Below, piece by piece: positions 25,773 through 38,600 of a stretch of 64,000 bases of DNA. How positions within the stretch are numbered: position 1 is the first letter of the stretch; every line of letters starts with the position of its first letter. A program made the position numbers and the translations under genes. Under the pieces are notes generated by a model. The model saw only the letters and a list, made by a program, of their open reading frames with translations. It had not been told where the DNA came from and searched no databases. This stretch comes from Hemiscyllium ocellatum. Lineage: Eukaryota. Location: the NCBI RefSeq assembly GCF_020745735.1, contig NC_083402.1:8446004-8510003 (forward strand), read 5' to 3'.

Positions 25773-28700
25773 TTCATCAAAATGTGGCAGAGCTTTGACA
25801 TATTTGTATATATTCACGATCTTCATTCTTCATCTCCATCCTGTTAACTTGGCTTTCCTGACTAATTCACAACTTCCAAAGTGCAAATTCTCTCTCCCTT
25901 CCTTTCTCTTTTAGATTAGATTGGATACTTACAGTGTGGAAACAGGCCCTTCGGCCCAACAATTCCACACCGACCCACCGAAGCACAACCCACCCATACA
26001 TTTACCCCTTACCTTACACCAGGGCAATTTAGCATGGCCAATTCACCTGACCCGCACATCTTTGGACTGTGGAGGAAACCGGAGCACCGGAGGAAACCCA
26101 CGCAGACACGGGGAGAATGTGCAAACTCCACACAGACAGTCACCTGAGGCGGGAATTGAACCAGGTCTCTGGCGCTGTGAGGCAGCAGTGCTAACCACTG
26201 TGTCACCATGCCGCGCTCTCTTTGCTCTGCTAACAACATTCTTTCTCTTTCTTTTTTTACTCTCTTTTTCCTTTCTCTTTCATCTCTTTCTCTCTCCCAT
26301 TCTTCTCTTTCTCTCTCTCTCTGTCTCTTTCCCTCTATTTATTGTCTCTCTCTCTTCATTTCTTCTCCTTTGGCTCTTCTTTCCTTTTCTTTACCTTCTA
26401 ACTCCATTTTCTCAATTGTAAACTAAATTTTCTAACTCTCCTGCACTTCTCTGTTTCTCTGACACACCAAAGTGCTTGACTGACTCCCTTACAATTTCAG
26501 CTTCCCCATGTCCCTGCTTAGATCCAATTCTCAGGGAGATTTAAACAATCCTTTGATAAGAACATGGATGATGATGGGATAGTGTAGAGGGATGAACTGA
26601 GAATAGTTCACATGTCGGCACAATATCGAGGGCCGAAGGGCCTGTTCTGTGTTGTATTGTTCTATGTTTTATGTTCTATGTTCTAACCTCAATGCTAATT
26701 CTAAAAGTATGACCTTTTGCTGATTTTTCTAAACTTTCTTGGCAAATTTGGAACCATTTTCAAAACAGGAACGTCTTCAGCAATTTTAAGAGCCATTTCT
26801 CTCACTTTTAATTTAACCAACCACAAATAACTGAAATTAAACCAATTCTCTCACCTACATTTTCTTTAAAGATCTCGGACACTAATCGGCAAGTGTTCAA
26901 ATCTGCTGGGATCTTTTGTACCCAAATCTTCCAAATCTCAGACTGGATCTGTCTGAACCCGTCCAAATCGCAGATGAGCCCCCAAACTGTAACGACATGG
27001 TGTGTAACCCCTCTGCTAATTAAACCAAACACCCAGAAAAGCTCACCTCACATCGTAATCTGTTAAAGTCTAAGTAATAGAGAACTCCCAAATTCCACTA
27101 CTTAAACAAAATAAATCAATTTATTCTTTAACTCTCAAAGTGAACATTATACAATAACTATTTACAACTCTAAGCCTCGTTTCCCTTAACTGCTTGCTAT
27201 CTGCCTCCAACTCTACAACAATGTACTGTTCCAATAACCACCTGTATTAAAATTACATCAGGTTCATTACAAAACCACACAATGGCTGTCATTGTCAGTG
27301 TGTTTCTTCTTTCAGCTAAAGATCTCCTTGGGTCGACTTCTGTCTTTCACTGCAAAGATGTTTCATATGAAGAAGGTCCCTTTGATTGAGAGTGTTTTGT
27401 ACGGCAGTCTCTCAATGGCAGTTACTCTCTGTCTAACTTTCAAAATATCTGCTTTTTATTTTATACCCCAAACATCAGATTGTCTCATTAGTTTGAGGAT
27501 GGCAAAAACAATAAATTCAAACTCGATTGGGTTTTAGTATTCAGGGGGATAATTTAATCTGACTGTTTAGATTCAAATCATGCTCAAAACAACTGAGGTA
27601 TCTCGTTTGCAGTGAAATGTTACATATTTTCAATTTGGCCAATTAAACTGTTGGAAGCTGTCAGTGACTGAATTGAATTGAATTGAATTGAATTTATTGT
27701 CACATGTACCGAGGCACGGCGAAAAGCTTTGTCTTGTGAGCAGTACAGGCAGATCACAGAGTTAAGTTGCATAGATAGTAAATAATAGGTAAACAACAGA
27801 AAAATCAAAAAGACAGGTACAGGCGAATGTGCCTGTTGTTAACATCAAGGCTGTATTTGAGCGAGTGCAGCATCAAGGAACCTGAGCAAAAGTGAATCCA
27901 GTGGGAAGCTGAGGGGGAACCTCCATGGGTTTCTGTCAGACCTAGCACAGAGGAAGCTGGTTGTTGTTCTTAGCGATCAGTCATCTCAGCTCCAGAACAT
28001 CTCTACAGGAGTTCCTCAGGTTAGTGTGTCCTTGGTCTAACCATCTTTAGCTGCATCATCAATCACCCTCCCTCCACCATAAGGTCAGCAGTGGGGATGG
28101 TTGTTCACTGATGAACATGGGATACAGGAGAACATCTCCACCTACAAGCTTCCCTCCAAGACACTCACCATCCTGATTGGGGAATATTTCATCATTCCTT
28201 CAGTGTCACTGGGACAAAGCCTTGGAAATCCTTTACCAACCGTATCGTGAATGTCTCTGCAGCTGAGTGAATACAGCAGTTCAAAAAGGCAGCTCACCAT
28301 TCCCTTCTCCAGGGCTGGCCAATAAAGGCTGACTGTGCATGGGACACCCACATCCTCTTGGACAATGAAAAGATAGTTCCATGTCAGGATGGCCTGTATC
28401 TGATGTCATTTTTCACTGAGGTCTTCAAGGTCCCTACTTTGGAAGGTGCTGGTGGAGGAAATGTTGCTGTCTTGCTGCAGTGCATTTTATAGTTATTTTT
28501 ATTCCCACAATGATGTTAGGATGGGATTTCCAGGATTTTGATCCAGTAATAATGACAGAGCAGTGATATATTTTCCTGCACTGTTCCAGGCAAGTGGAAG
28601 GTATTTCATCACACTCCTGACTGGCCAATAGGCTTTGGAGTCAGGAGGTATGTTAATTCATAGGATTCTGAGCCTGTGACCTGCTCTTGCAGCCACAGTT

Positions 28701-29291
28701 TCATTTGCACTCCTGGGTTCACTCCTTATCCACAACTGAGGGGCAGTTAAGAGTCAAATACATAACTGTGGGTATGGAGTTACATGTAGGTCAGATCGGG
28801 TAAGGATAGCAGATTTCCCTCCCAAAAGGACATGATTAACCCAGATTCTTTTTTAATGGTGATGGTTACACAGTCATTATTAGACTAGTTTTCAGTTCTA
28901 GATATTTTCAAATTCAAATTTCACAATCTGCCACAATCCCCAGGACATTAGCCTCTGGCGAGGACAGCTCCCCCCATTTTCTCCTCAGCCAATAGAGGTG
29001 GAGGACAGCAACAGTGAGGTTCTCGGCCAATGTGAGCTGAGGGTTCCTTCACCCTGAGATGAGCTCATCCAGTGAGGGCTCAGGGGGTGCCAGGTCTCTC
29101 TTGTCCTCACCCAAATGCTGATAAAGCTGGACCCTCATTGATGGGGATCTTGGAGCTTGGATTGTCAGTGATGTTTTCTCTGTTCCCCATCCCAGAGCAA
29201 TGAAGCCAGTTTGAACGTGATAATGAATGAGTGTGACTGTGGGAGGTTTCAAAGATGGTGATGGAATGGTCTCTAAATCCCAGTCATGTCA

Positions 29292-29327
<36 letters not shown>

Positions 29328-29531
29328 CCCTCTACCTCTTTCTCGCTCTTTCTGTCTGTCTCTCTCTCTCTCTCTTTGTGCCCCTCTGTCTCTGTCCTTC
29401 TCACTGCCTCCTGCCTGAGACCAACTGGAAGAGCCCAGGAGAAGGAAAGAATCCAAGAGCTCCCGGACCTGGTGGAGCCTGTCCCCATTGAGCTGTCAGG
29501 GCAGTGACACCATCAGAACATTGTTCCTCAC

Positions 29532-29917
29532 CTTTCACTTCCAGGCGTGTTCCTTTTCTAGATCCAAACTTTTCAATATTGAGCTCCACACGACACCGAT
29601 AGGAACCAGCATCCTCCGGCTCAGTCCCTCCATCATTATTGAGGCATCTTTGTTGGTGAGGTTCCCCACGAATCTGAATCGATTCCCACCGTCCCGCTGT
29701 ATCACATTCTCACACAGCTCACCCTGGGAATGGTCTGGACCAGGATCTGTACAGTTAAAGATAAAAGCCCGTGTTTCCTCCTTGTACCATAAGATGGAGC
29801 CAGTGAGTGTGAGGTTAGTGTCAGGGTGGGTGAAGCTGCAGGGTAAGACAGCGGAGCCTCCTTCCTCAGCCCACACTCCATCCACGATCGTCATTGACCA
29901 ACCATTAGCAGACAAAG
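29532..29917 (-). CDS. SIGLEC15-like: Siglec-15-like V-set Ig exon (one G missing in this copy; two-arm consensus 387 nt, phase 1-1)
   Basis: Consensus: LSANGWSMTIVDGVWAEEGGSAVLPCSFTHPDTNLTLTGSILWYKEETRAFIFNCTDPGPDHSQGELCENVIQRDGGNRFRFVGNLTNKDASIMMEGLSREDAGSYRCRVELNIEKFGSRKGTRLEVK. Matches the Siglec-15 pattern LPC-F-THP, FxC...LC, RFR-GN, YxCRVE. Canonical AG/GT ends. Confidence 0.75.
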
Positions 29918-32900
29918 CTGTGAGGGAAGAGAGAGAGGATATGAACACAGCACAGACACCAAACAGTGAGGTAAAACACTGAATCTGTTATTTAGTGAGA
30001 AAAGATATAATATGATACAATTGTGATTTCTGAACAGACTAGTGACAGAGTGGAATGAGCTCCGGGCTGGATACAAGACAGGTCTTCAGGTGGTTTGTAA
30101 ACATCCTGAGGTTAGACTTGGTGGTGTGGGGGCGGGGGGTGGGGGGGGGGGTGGCGGGTGCGGGGAGGACCCACAGTGATGTGAAGAGCAGGACTCAGGG
30201 CCTCCCTGCAGAACCTTTTCTATTTCCTATCACCTTCTATTCTATTACCGAGCCAGCCTTCAGCAACCTGGCTCATTCATCAGGCGTAGCAGAGGGATGG
30301 GGGATGCAGTGGAAGTATTGTTGGGGTGTGGTGGGGGGTGGGGGGGTGGGGAGCGGGGGGTTGGATACAGAGAGACATGAAGATGGAAAAAAGTAAACTG
30401 AAGTAAAAAAGTAAACTCACCATTGTGCAAGAGAACTCCTGTCTCATTAAAGGAAGTTATGACTGGTAATGATTTAACCTAAGGGTCACTCTGCCTCAGA
30501 CAAGGGGCAAGGTTGAGAAGATTGGATTTTCATGGTCACCTCAGACAATATGAGAATTAAACATCCCTTGCTGGCATCACTCCACATCACAGACCAACTG
30601 TCCAGCCAACTGAGCTAACTGACAGTGACATGGCAATCCAAGTCAATCCAGAAGGCAGTGTGAATATCATCAAGGGAGGGCATAAGGGAGTGTGGCATTT
30701 ACTTGTGAGTAAGGCAGACGAGCTGAGGGTGTAGGTTAATGAGTGGGGATGAGATATTGTTGTTATCACACAGACATGGTTGAGAGTGTGACAGGATTGA
30801 CAGCACAATGTTCCGGGCTATCGAACTGTGAGATGAGGCATGTAGGGGGAGGGGGAATGTCAAAGAGAAGAGAAGAGGGTGTTGCAATATTGATGAAGGA
30901 GTTAATCACTGACATAAGATGGATGATATCTTAGAATGTTCCTGAAATGAGGTCACATGGTACAATGTAAAAACAAACCCCCATCACAACACTCTGTCTC
31001 TTACCATCAAGCAAACTTTGTATCCAACTGGCATTCTCTCCCTGAATCCCATGCCACCTAACTTCACTAATTAGTCCACCATGTGGATCTTTGACAACAG
31101 CTTTACACAAGTTCATGTAAACAATATCTCCCCCTCTGCCCTCACTGGTCTTTTGGTTACATTTTCAAAATCTCAGTCAAGTTTGTGACACATGATTTCC
31201 CCTGCACAAAGCCACTTTTATGTTTTTCAAGACCTCCAACACTTCCTCTTCAGTAAAGTGAATTGCTTTCAAGACATTAATATTTATTTGCTCGAGTTGC
31301 CTTGCGTCAATTTCTTTCTCCACAGTAAAAACTGATGCAAAATATTTGTTTAGGATATCTCCCCCTCTCCTCTGGTTCTACACATAGATGACCTCATTGA
31401 TCTTGAAGAGGCCCTATTCCCTCCCTGGATGCTCTCTGGTTTCTAATGACTTCGTAGAATACCTTTGGCTTATCCTCAGCCTTATCTACTGAGGTTATCT
31501 GATGTCGACTTTTTGCCCTCCTGATATCCCTCATAAGAATGCCCCGATCACCCTTATATTCTTCAAGTTGTCTATACCTAATACATGACTCTTTCATATT
31601 CTTAACCAGAGCCTCAATATATTTATTCATCCATTGTTCCCTCATCTTACTGGCCTTACCCTTCACTCTAACAGGAGCACAGTGTCTCTGAATCCTTGTT
31701 ATTTCACTTGCCAATCATCCCTTCACCTGTTACCCTATTGTTCAAGGGTGGTAGTGATAAACCAGGAGAGTACAAGCCAGTGAGGCCAACATCAATGGTG
31801 GGGAAAATATCGGAAACAATTCTGAGGGACAGAATGAATCATTACTTGGAGAGACAAAGGTTAATCCAGGATATTTAGCATGAGTTTGTAAAGGAATTTG
31901 ATTGAATTGGATTTGATGGAATTTTAGAGGAGGTGACTAGGTCTGAAAATGAGAATAATATAGTTGATGTTGTGTACATTGACTTCAGTAAGCTTCACTT
32001 AAGGATGTCTCACTCAACTGAATCTCAGCATTTTCACCAGATAGGATTCTCTCTGTCTCTCTATGAAATGCATTAACATAAACTAACTCATTGACTTTTT
32101 CTCTCCCTCCTCATTTGAGTACTGAAACAGCTTCAGACTTATTTTCAACGCTGAAGTTCTGGAGATTTTATTACAACTCTCAACCTGGAGACATTCGGAA
32201 TTTTTTCAAACAACTATTCTTCCAACTTCTCTTCTTCTGAACTCAGCTGACTGGTGGTACTCAAGGATCTGTTTGTATCGACTGTAAACCTCACCTTGGT
32301 AAATATTCAGCAATGAACTCTCCAGGTCACTTATCTCCAGGACACTTTCTCAGTGTCTTTACTTCACTGTTCCAGATCACATTCTGACCCTTTGTTTCAA
32401 ATGAACAAGTCACTTTCACAGAACTGAAACCAAAAACCTCTTTTCACTCCACTTTTGATTCCACATTCTGAATGAACAATAATATTTTTGTTCATCCCAC
32501 TGTGCCCTCTAGTTCTTGATCCCTTCATGAGTGGGTACGGTCTCTATCTACCTACACTATCCTGAGCCTTTATGAGTGGGTACGGTACCTCTCTATCTAC
32601 ACTATCCTGAGCCTTCATGAGTGGGTATGGTGTCTCTCTATTGACACCATCCTGTTCTTTCATGATTTGGAACATCTCAATCAAACCTTCCCTCAGCCTT
32701 CCCTTTGGCCCAAATCCATTCTGACCTCAGTTATTCTGATGTCTCCAATTGTGAAATTCAAGGGGAAATATTCTATCCACTCTATCTAACGATTGCATGA
32801 TTTGGAATATCTCTTTTCAATTATCCCTTTGTTATGTTCTTCTCTTCGATGCAAAAATAACAGGCACACACAGGATCAGTGTGTATGTGACACAATAATG

Positions 32901-34264
32901 TGTGTTTGTATATGAAGGGAATATTTTGATTGACTGGGATGTGATCTTTATTGTCAATCGGACTTTGATTTTGCTGCTTCAGACTGTCTAACAAGTCATG
33001 GGGCTGACCCATCATATGCTGATGAAGGATGTAATGATTGGCAGCAGTTTAAGGTGTATGTTGTCACAACATCTCCTATGTAATAAAGTGTTAGAATTGA
33101 CTCTCAAACTTCTCTTAAAGGGCCATCCAGTGAATTAGGATCCATTAATGATGACAACCTCTCGTAGAGTCCTGTGTAGGCTGAAGGCGAAACCTAATGT
33201 GACTTGAACCCAGAGCTTCTTGAAGCAGGGACATTCCCCACTGCACCACAACAATGTCCTACATATTGAACAGGACATAAGCTCAATGTCAAGATCACTT
33301 AGCTCACCAAGACCATAATACTGACTCCCCGTGACAACCCAGCAATCCTCCCTCCCTTACGGCCCGATAGGTAACAGTGCTGAAGCCAGAGGCAGCTAAA
33401 CCCAACGACATCGGAAAAGCTTCAAAAAAAGATTGACATGAATTGTACGAGATTGGAGTGGTTTACTAGGAGATTCCATGAGGGAAGATTATTGCTACAA
33501 AACCACATATTGAAGCTGTGAAGAAAGACCGGAACAAGGTCATTGCTCAGTATTGTACTGAAAAGTGAAGATTCTGTGTGATTCACTCAAAACAACTGAC
33601 TGCCAATACTGGGGGTGCAATGGCAGAGTTGTCTTGTCAGGAGGCTATAAATCTAGAGATCCAGGTCATTTTCTGGGGTAATGGAGTTCAAAGCCCTCCA
33701 TAGTAGAGTTTCATTTTTTTAAAAATCTGGAATTAAGAGTCTCATGATGACCATAAACTCTTGGGAAGGAAATTTGTTCTTCTTATCTGGTTGGTTCACA
33801 TTGCTTAATGATGGAAAAGGAAACATTGCTATCAGCTCTTCAAAACTTTGAAATTTATGTCTGATATGGAATTAATGAGACAATAGTTTTTGCTAATTAT
33901 AATCCGCTTATCTTTGTAGAAAAGCTTAAAGATAAGATTTCAGGTTATACAGATGGAGCTTAGATCTGCAGATGGAGAGGTGCCAGAAGACAGGAGGAAA
34001 GCCATGATTCAAGAAGTGAGCAAGGGATTAACCAGGTATCTACAGGCCAGTCAGTCTAACCTCGGTGGTTGGGAAACTATGGAAGCAATTCTGAGGGGCA
34101 GAATTCATCTACGCTTCAGAGGTGGAGATGGATCAAAAACAGACAGAATGGTTTTGTTAAGGAAAGCGAGGCAGAAAATGGGATACGATAGGCTGTTTAG
34201 CCTGACCTCGGTTATTTGAAAGATTTTACAGTCCAACATTAAGAACGAGATTGTGGAGAAGAAC

Positions 34265-35692
34265 AAGTTCTTGAGGAGGTGATAAGACAGGTCGACAAAG
34301 GTCAAGCAGTTGATATGGTGTATATGGACTTCAGCAAGGCATTTGATAAGCTTCCACATAGTAGGCTCATTCAAAATGTCAGGAAGTATGGGATACAGGG
34401 AGATTTGTCTATTTGGATTCAGAATTGGTTGGCTAACAGAAGGCAGAGTGAGGCTGTCGATGGAAAGTATTCTGCCTGGAAGACAATGATGAGCGGCGTC
34501 CCACTGGGCTCTGCTCTTTGTAGTTTTAAAAAATGACTTGGATGAGAAGGTTGTGGGGTGGGATAGTAAATTTGCAGTTGACATAAAGTTTAGAGGTGCC
34601 GTTGATAATATTGAGGGTTATTGCAGGCTGCAGCGCGACATAGACAGGATGCAGATCTGGGCTGAGAAATACAAGGAGTTCAACCTGGATAAATGTGAAG
34701 TGATGCATTTTGGAAGGTCAAAATCGAATGATGAATATAGGATTAAAGACAGGATTCTTGGCAGTGTAGAGGAACAGAGGGATCTGGGTGTGCAAGCACA
34801 ATGATCCCTCAAAGTTGCCACCCAAGTGGATAGGGTTGTTAAGAAAGCATATGGTGTTTCGGCTTTCATTAACAGGGGGATTTAGTTTAAGAGCCGTAAG
34901 ATTTTGCTACAGCTCTACAAGTCCCTGGTGACACTTGGAATATTGTGTCCAGTTCTGGTCGGCCTACTATAGGAAAGATACAGAGGCTTTGGAGAGGGTG
35001 CAAAGAAGGTTTACCAGGATGCTGCCTGGACTGGAGAGCTTGCCTTATGAAGAAAGGTTGAATTAGCTCGGACATTTCTCTCTGGAGAGAAGGAGGACGA
35101 AAGGAGACCTGATCGAGGTGTACAAGATAATGAGATGATTTGGAGATGCCGGTGTTGGACTGGGGTGTACAAAATTAAAAATCATACAACAACAGTTTAT
35201 AGTCCAACGGGTTTAATTGGAAGCACACTAGCTTTCGGCACGATGTTCCTTCACCTGATCACTTGATGAAGGAACGTCGCTCCAAAAGCTAGTGTGCTTC
35301 CAGTTAAACCTGTTGGACTATAACCTGGTGTTGTGTGATTTTTAAGATAATGAGAGGAATAGATAGAGTCAATAACCAGAGACTTTTCCCCAGGGCATGA
35401 TTGACTGGTACGAGGGATCTTAGTTATAAGATGTTAAGAGAAAGATATTGAGAAGATGTCAGAGGTAGGCTCTTTACACAGAGAGTTGCGAAAGCAAGGA
35501 ATGCATTGCCAGCAGTGGTGGTGATGGAAGCAGAGCCATTAGGGACATTTACGTGATTGCTGGACATGAACATGCATAGCCGTGAGTTGAGGGGTGTGTA
35601 GTTTACGTTAGGATTAAACATTGGCACAACATCGTGGGCCGAAGGGCCTGTTCTGTGCTGTACTTTGTTATGTTCTATGTTCTAAGTTCTAA
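34265..35692 (+). mobile_element. CR1 LINE 3' part with a 14-nt RT deletion and a PLE insertion
   Basis: RT motifs; junction GGGCTCTG^CTCTTTGTAG at ~34512; 3' (TTCTA)n-like tail. Confidence 0.85.
35136..35343. mobile_element. PLE family-B asymmetric hairpin mini-element with 12-bp TSD
   Basis: AAGATAATGAGA at 35124-35135 and 35344-35355 duplicates the host CR1 sequence; inverted arms turn at ~35260. Confidence 0.85.
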
Positions 35693-38600
35693 GTACAGTT
35701 GGCAGTTCAGAAAACAAATGCAATGTTAACATTACATCCGAGAGGGTGTAAATACAAGGCTAGGGGGTGTATTGCCTATGCTGTATAAGGCTATATCTGG
35801 CCAGACCACATTTGGAATATTGACAGCAGTTTTGGGCCCCATATCTGAGGATGGAGCTGTTGGCATTGGAAGAGATCAAGGAAGTTACAAGAATGACCCA
35901 GGGGACTAAGACTTGTTATGATGAGTACAGATTCTGGGTCTGTACTCAAGGGAGTTTAGGAGGATGAGGGGGATCTGATTGAAACTTACAGAATACTGAT
36001 AGGCCTGGGTATCATGAACGTGAAGATGTTTCTACTCGGGGGAGAGATGAGGACCCAGGGGCACAGCCACAGAGTGCAGGGTTAGATTTGAGATGGGGAA
36101 GAATTTCTTCAGTTTGTGCTGAGAACTCATTACAACTCATTGCTGCAGAGGGCTGTGGAGGCCAAGTCATTGAGTGTATTTCTGACAGGGTTCTTGATCA
36201 GTCAGGGGTTCAAGGGTGTTATGGGGAGAAGGCAGAGAATGTGTTTGAGGAACATATCAGCCATGATCACAAACAGAGCAGACTTGATTGGTCAAATGGC
36301 TTAGTTCTACTCCAATCTCCTACGGTCTTATATCTAACCAACAGAACTGAATTTGTTTGAAGCCAAGACCAGGTGTGCAGATGAGGCAATGATTTTGATG
36401 TTGTCTACTCAGACTTCAGCAAGGCTTTTATCAATCTCCACATGGGAGACTGATAGCAAAGGTCAGAGCCCACGGGATCCAAGGACATTTGGCAAATTGG
36501 ATCCACAATTTGCTGACTGGCAGGAAGTAGAAGATGAAGGATGAGGGACCTTTATCCGACTGGATGTTTGTGTTCACTGGGGGCCCACCGGGGTAGGTGT
36601 TGGGACCCTTGTTGTCTGTGGTTTATATCAATGATATAAACTTATATGTAGGCAGATTGATTAACAAGTTCACAGAGGATAAACAACTTGCTGGGGTGAT
36701 AAATAATGAAAAGCATAGCCTTTGGCAGAAAGAAACTATTTACAGGCTGGTCATGAGGTATATGAGGGCAAGTGCTGGATAATCAGATTAGAATAGATAG
36801 GTGACCAGCACAGATTCAAAGGGCGGAATGGCCTTCTGTGCTGTTAACTTCTATAAGCTGATCACCATGTAACTCTAAATTATCTGCCATTTCCCTGTTC
36901 CATGTTCTAAATTCCCAACTTTTTCCCTCACGCAGTTCCACAATTATTTTCTTTCTCTGTACATGCTCAGAGCAACGATTGCTGTTAGTTTTCCTAATGC
37001 TTGTCCAGTTACTGTCATCCCAATTCTCTCCACCTTTACGATCTTTATTGGCATCTGCAGTTGGTTTAGAATCACAGAATCAGACGGTGCAGAAGTGGCC
37101 CATTAAGACTGGACCACCAAAATATATCCTACCAACACAAGTCCCACTTTCCTGCACTCAGCCAATAGCCTTGAATGTTATGACACCACAAGTTTTCATC
37201 CAAATAATTTTTACAAGTTGTGGGTTTTCCTGCCTCAACTACCCTCTGAGGCAGTGCATTCCAGAGTTCCACCACACTCTGGGTAAAATAGCCTTTCCTC
37301 AACTCCCCTCCAAACCTCCTGCCTTCACTTCAAAATGGTGCTCCTTGTTATTGACCCTTCAACTAAGGGGAATAGCTGCTTTATATTCACCTGACCATAC
37401 CCCTCATAATCTGAGAAACCTTGATCAGTCCCCCCTCAACCTTCTCTGTTCCAAAGAATACAGCTCAGGTTTATCCAGCCTGTCTTCACAGCTGGACTGG
37501 TCTATCCCAGGAACATCCTGGTCAGCCTCCTACAGTGCGGTCACATCCTTCTGATCATGTGGTGACCAGAACTGCTCACCCTATTCCAGCTGTGACTAAA
37601 CCAAACTTCTGTACAGCCACAACATGACCTCAGTGCACCTATAATATATGCTACAAGTGATAAATGCAAGTCGCCCATATGCCTTCATAACTCCCTGTCA
37701 ACCTCTCCTGCCATCTTAAAGGGATCTGCAGACAAACACAACCAAGAATTCCCTGGTCATCTGAGCTTGCTAGTATTCTCATTCATTGGCTACTCCCTTG
37801 TCTTGATCCTTCTTCTGAAGTGTGTCACCTCAAATTTGTAAGGGTTAAATTCCATTTGCCATTGATCTGCCCATCTTATCAATCCATTTGTATCCTCCCA
37901 TAACCTAACAGCTCTCTCCTCACTGTCAACTACCCAGCCAATCTTTGTCTCATCCACAAATGTACAAATCATTCCCCTAACATGCCCATCCACATAAATT
38001 ATGAACATCACAAACAATGAAGGACCCAGCATTGATCCCTGTGGTACACAAGTGCACACCAAGCTCTAGTCACACAAACATTCTTCAATCACCATCCTTT
38101 GTCTCCTGTCCTTGAGCTAATTTTGAATCCAACTTCCCAAATTACCTTGGATCAGACAAGTGTTTGCTTTCTTTATCAGTTTCCCAAGTGGAACTTTCCC
38201 AAAGACCTTGCTGAAATCCATATGAAAAACATAACTGCCCTACTCTCATCCAAACACTTGGTCACCTCCTCAAAATATTCCACCAGGTTTGTAAGGCATG
38301 CCCTCCCTCTGACAAACCCACACTGACTATCCCTGATTAAAACTTGTTTCTCAAAATGGAGATTAATCCCCTACTTCACTGTTTCCATCAGTAATTTCCC
38401 TAATACTAATGTTACACTCACTGTCTATAGTTCCCTGTTCTATCTCTGCCAGTCTTCTTGTCAAGTGGAACCACTGGCTGTTGTCCAATCCTCTAGTATC
38501 TCCCTGTCGCCAGAGACAATTTACTGTTTTGGATCAGAACCCCTGTAATTTCTTCCCCCATCTCCCACAGGAGGCTGATATACAACTGCCCTTGGTGATT

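Noticed and set aside
21492-29917. Two functional or pseudogenised head-to-head Siglec paralogs
   Set aside because: The complementary homopolymer indels are better explained as one sequence read twice; this is not accepted without read evidence.
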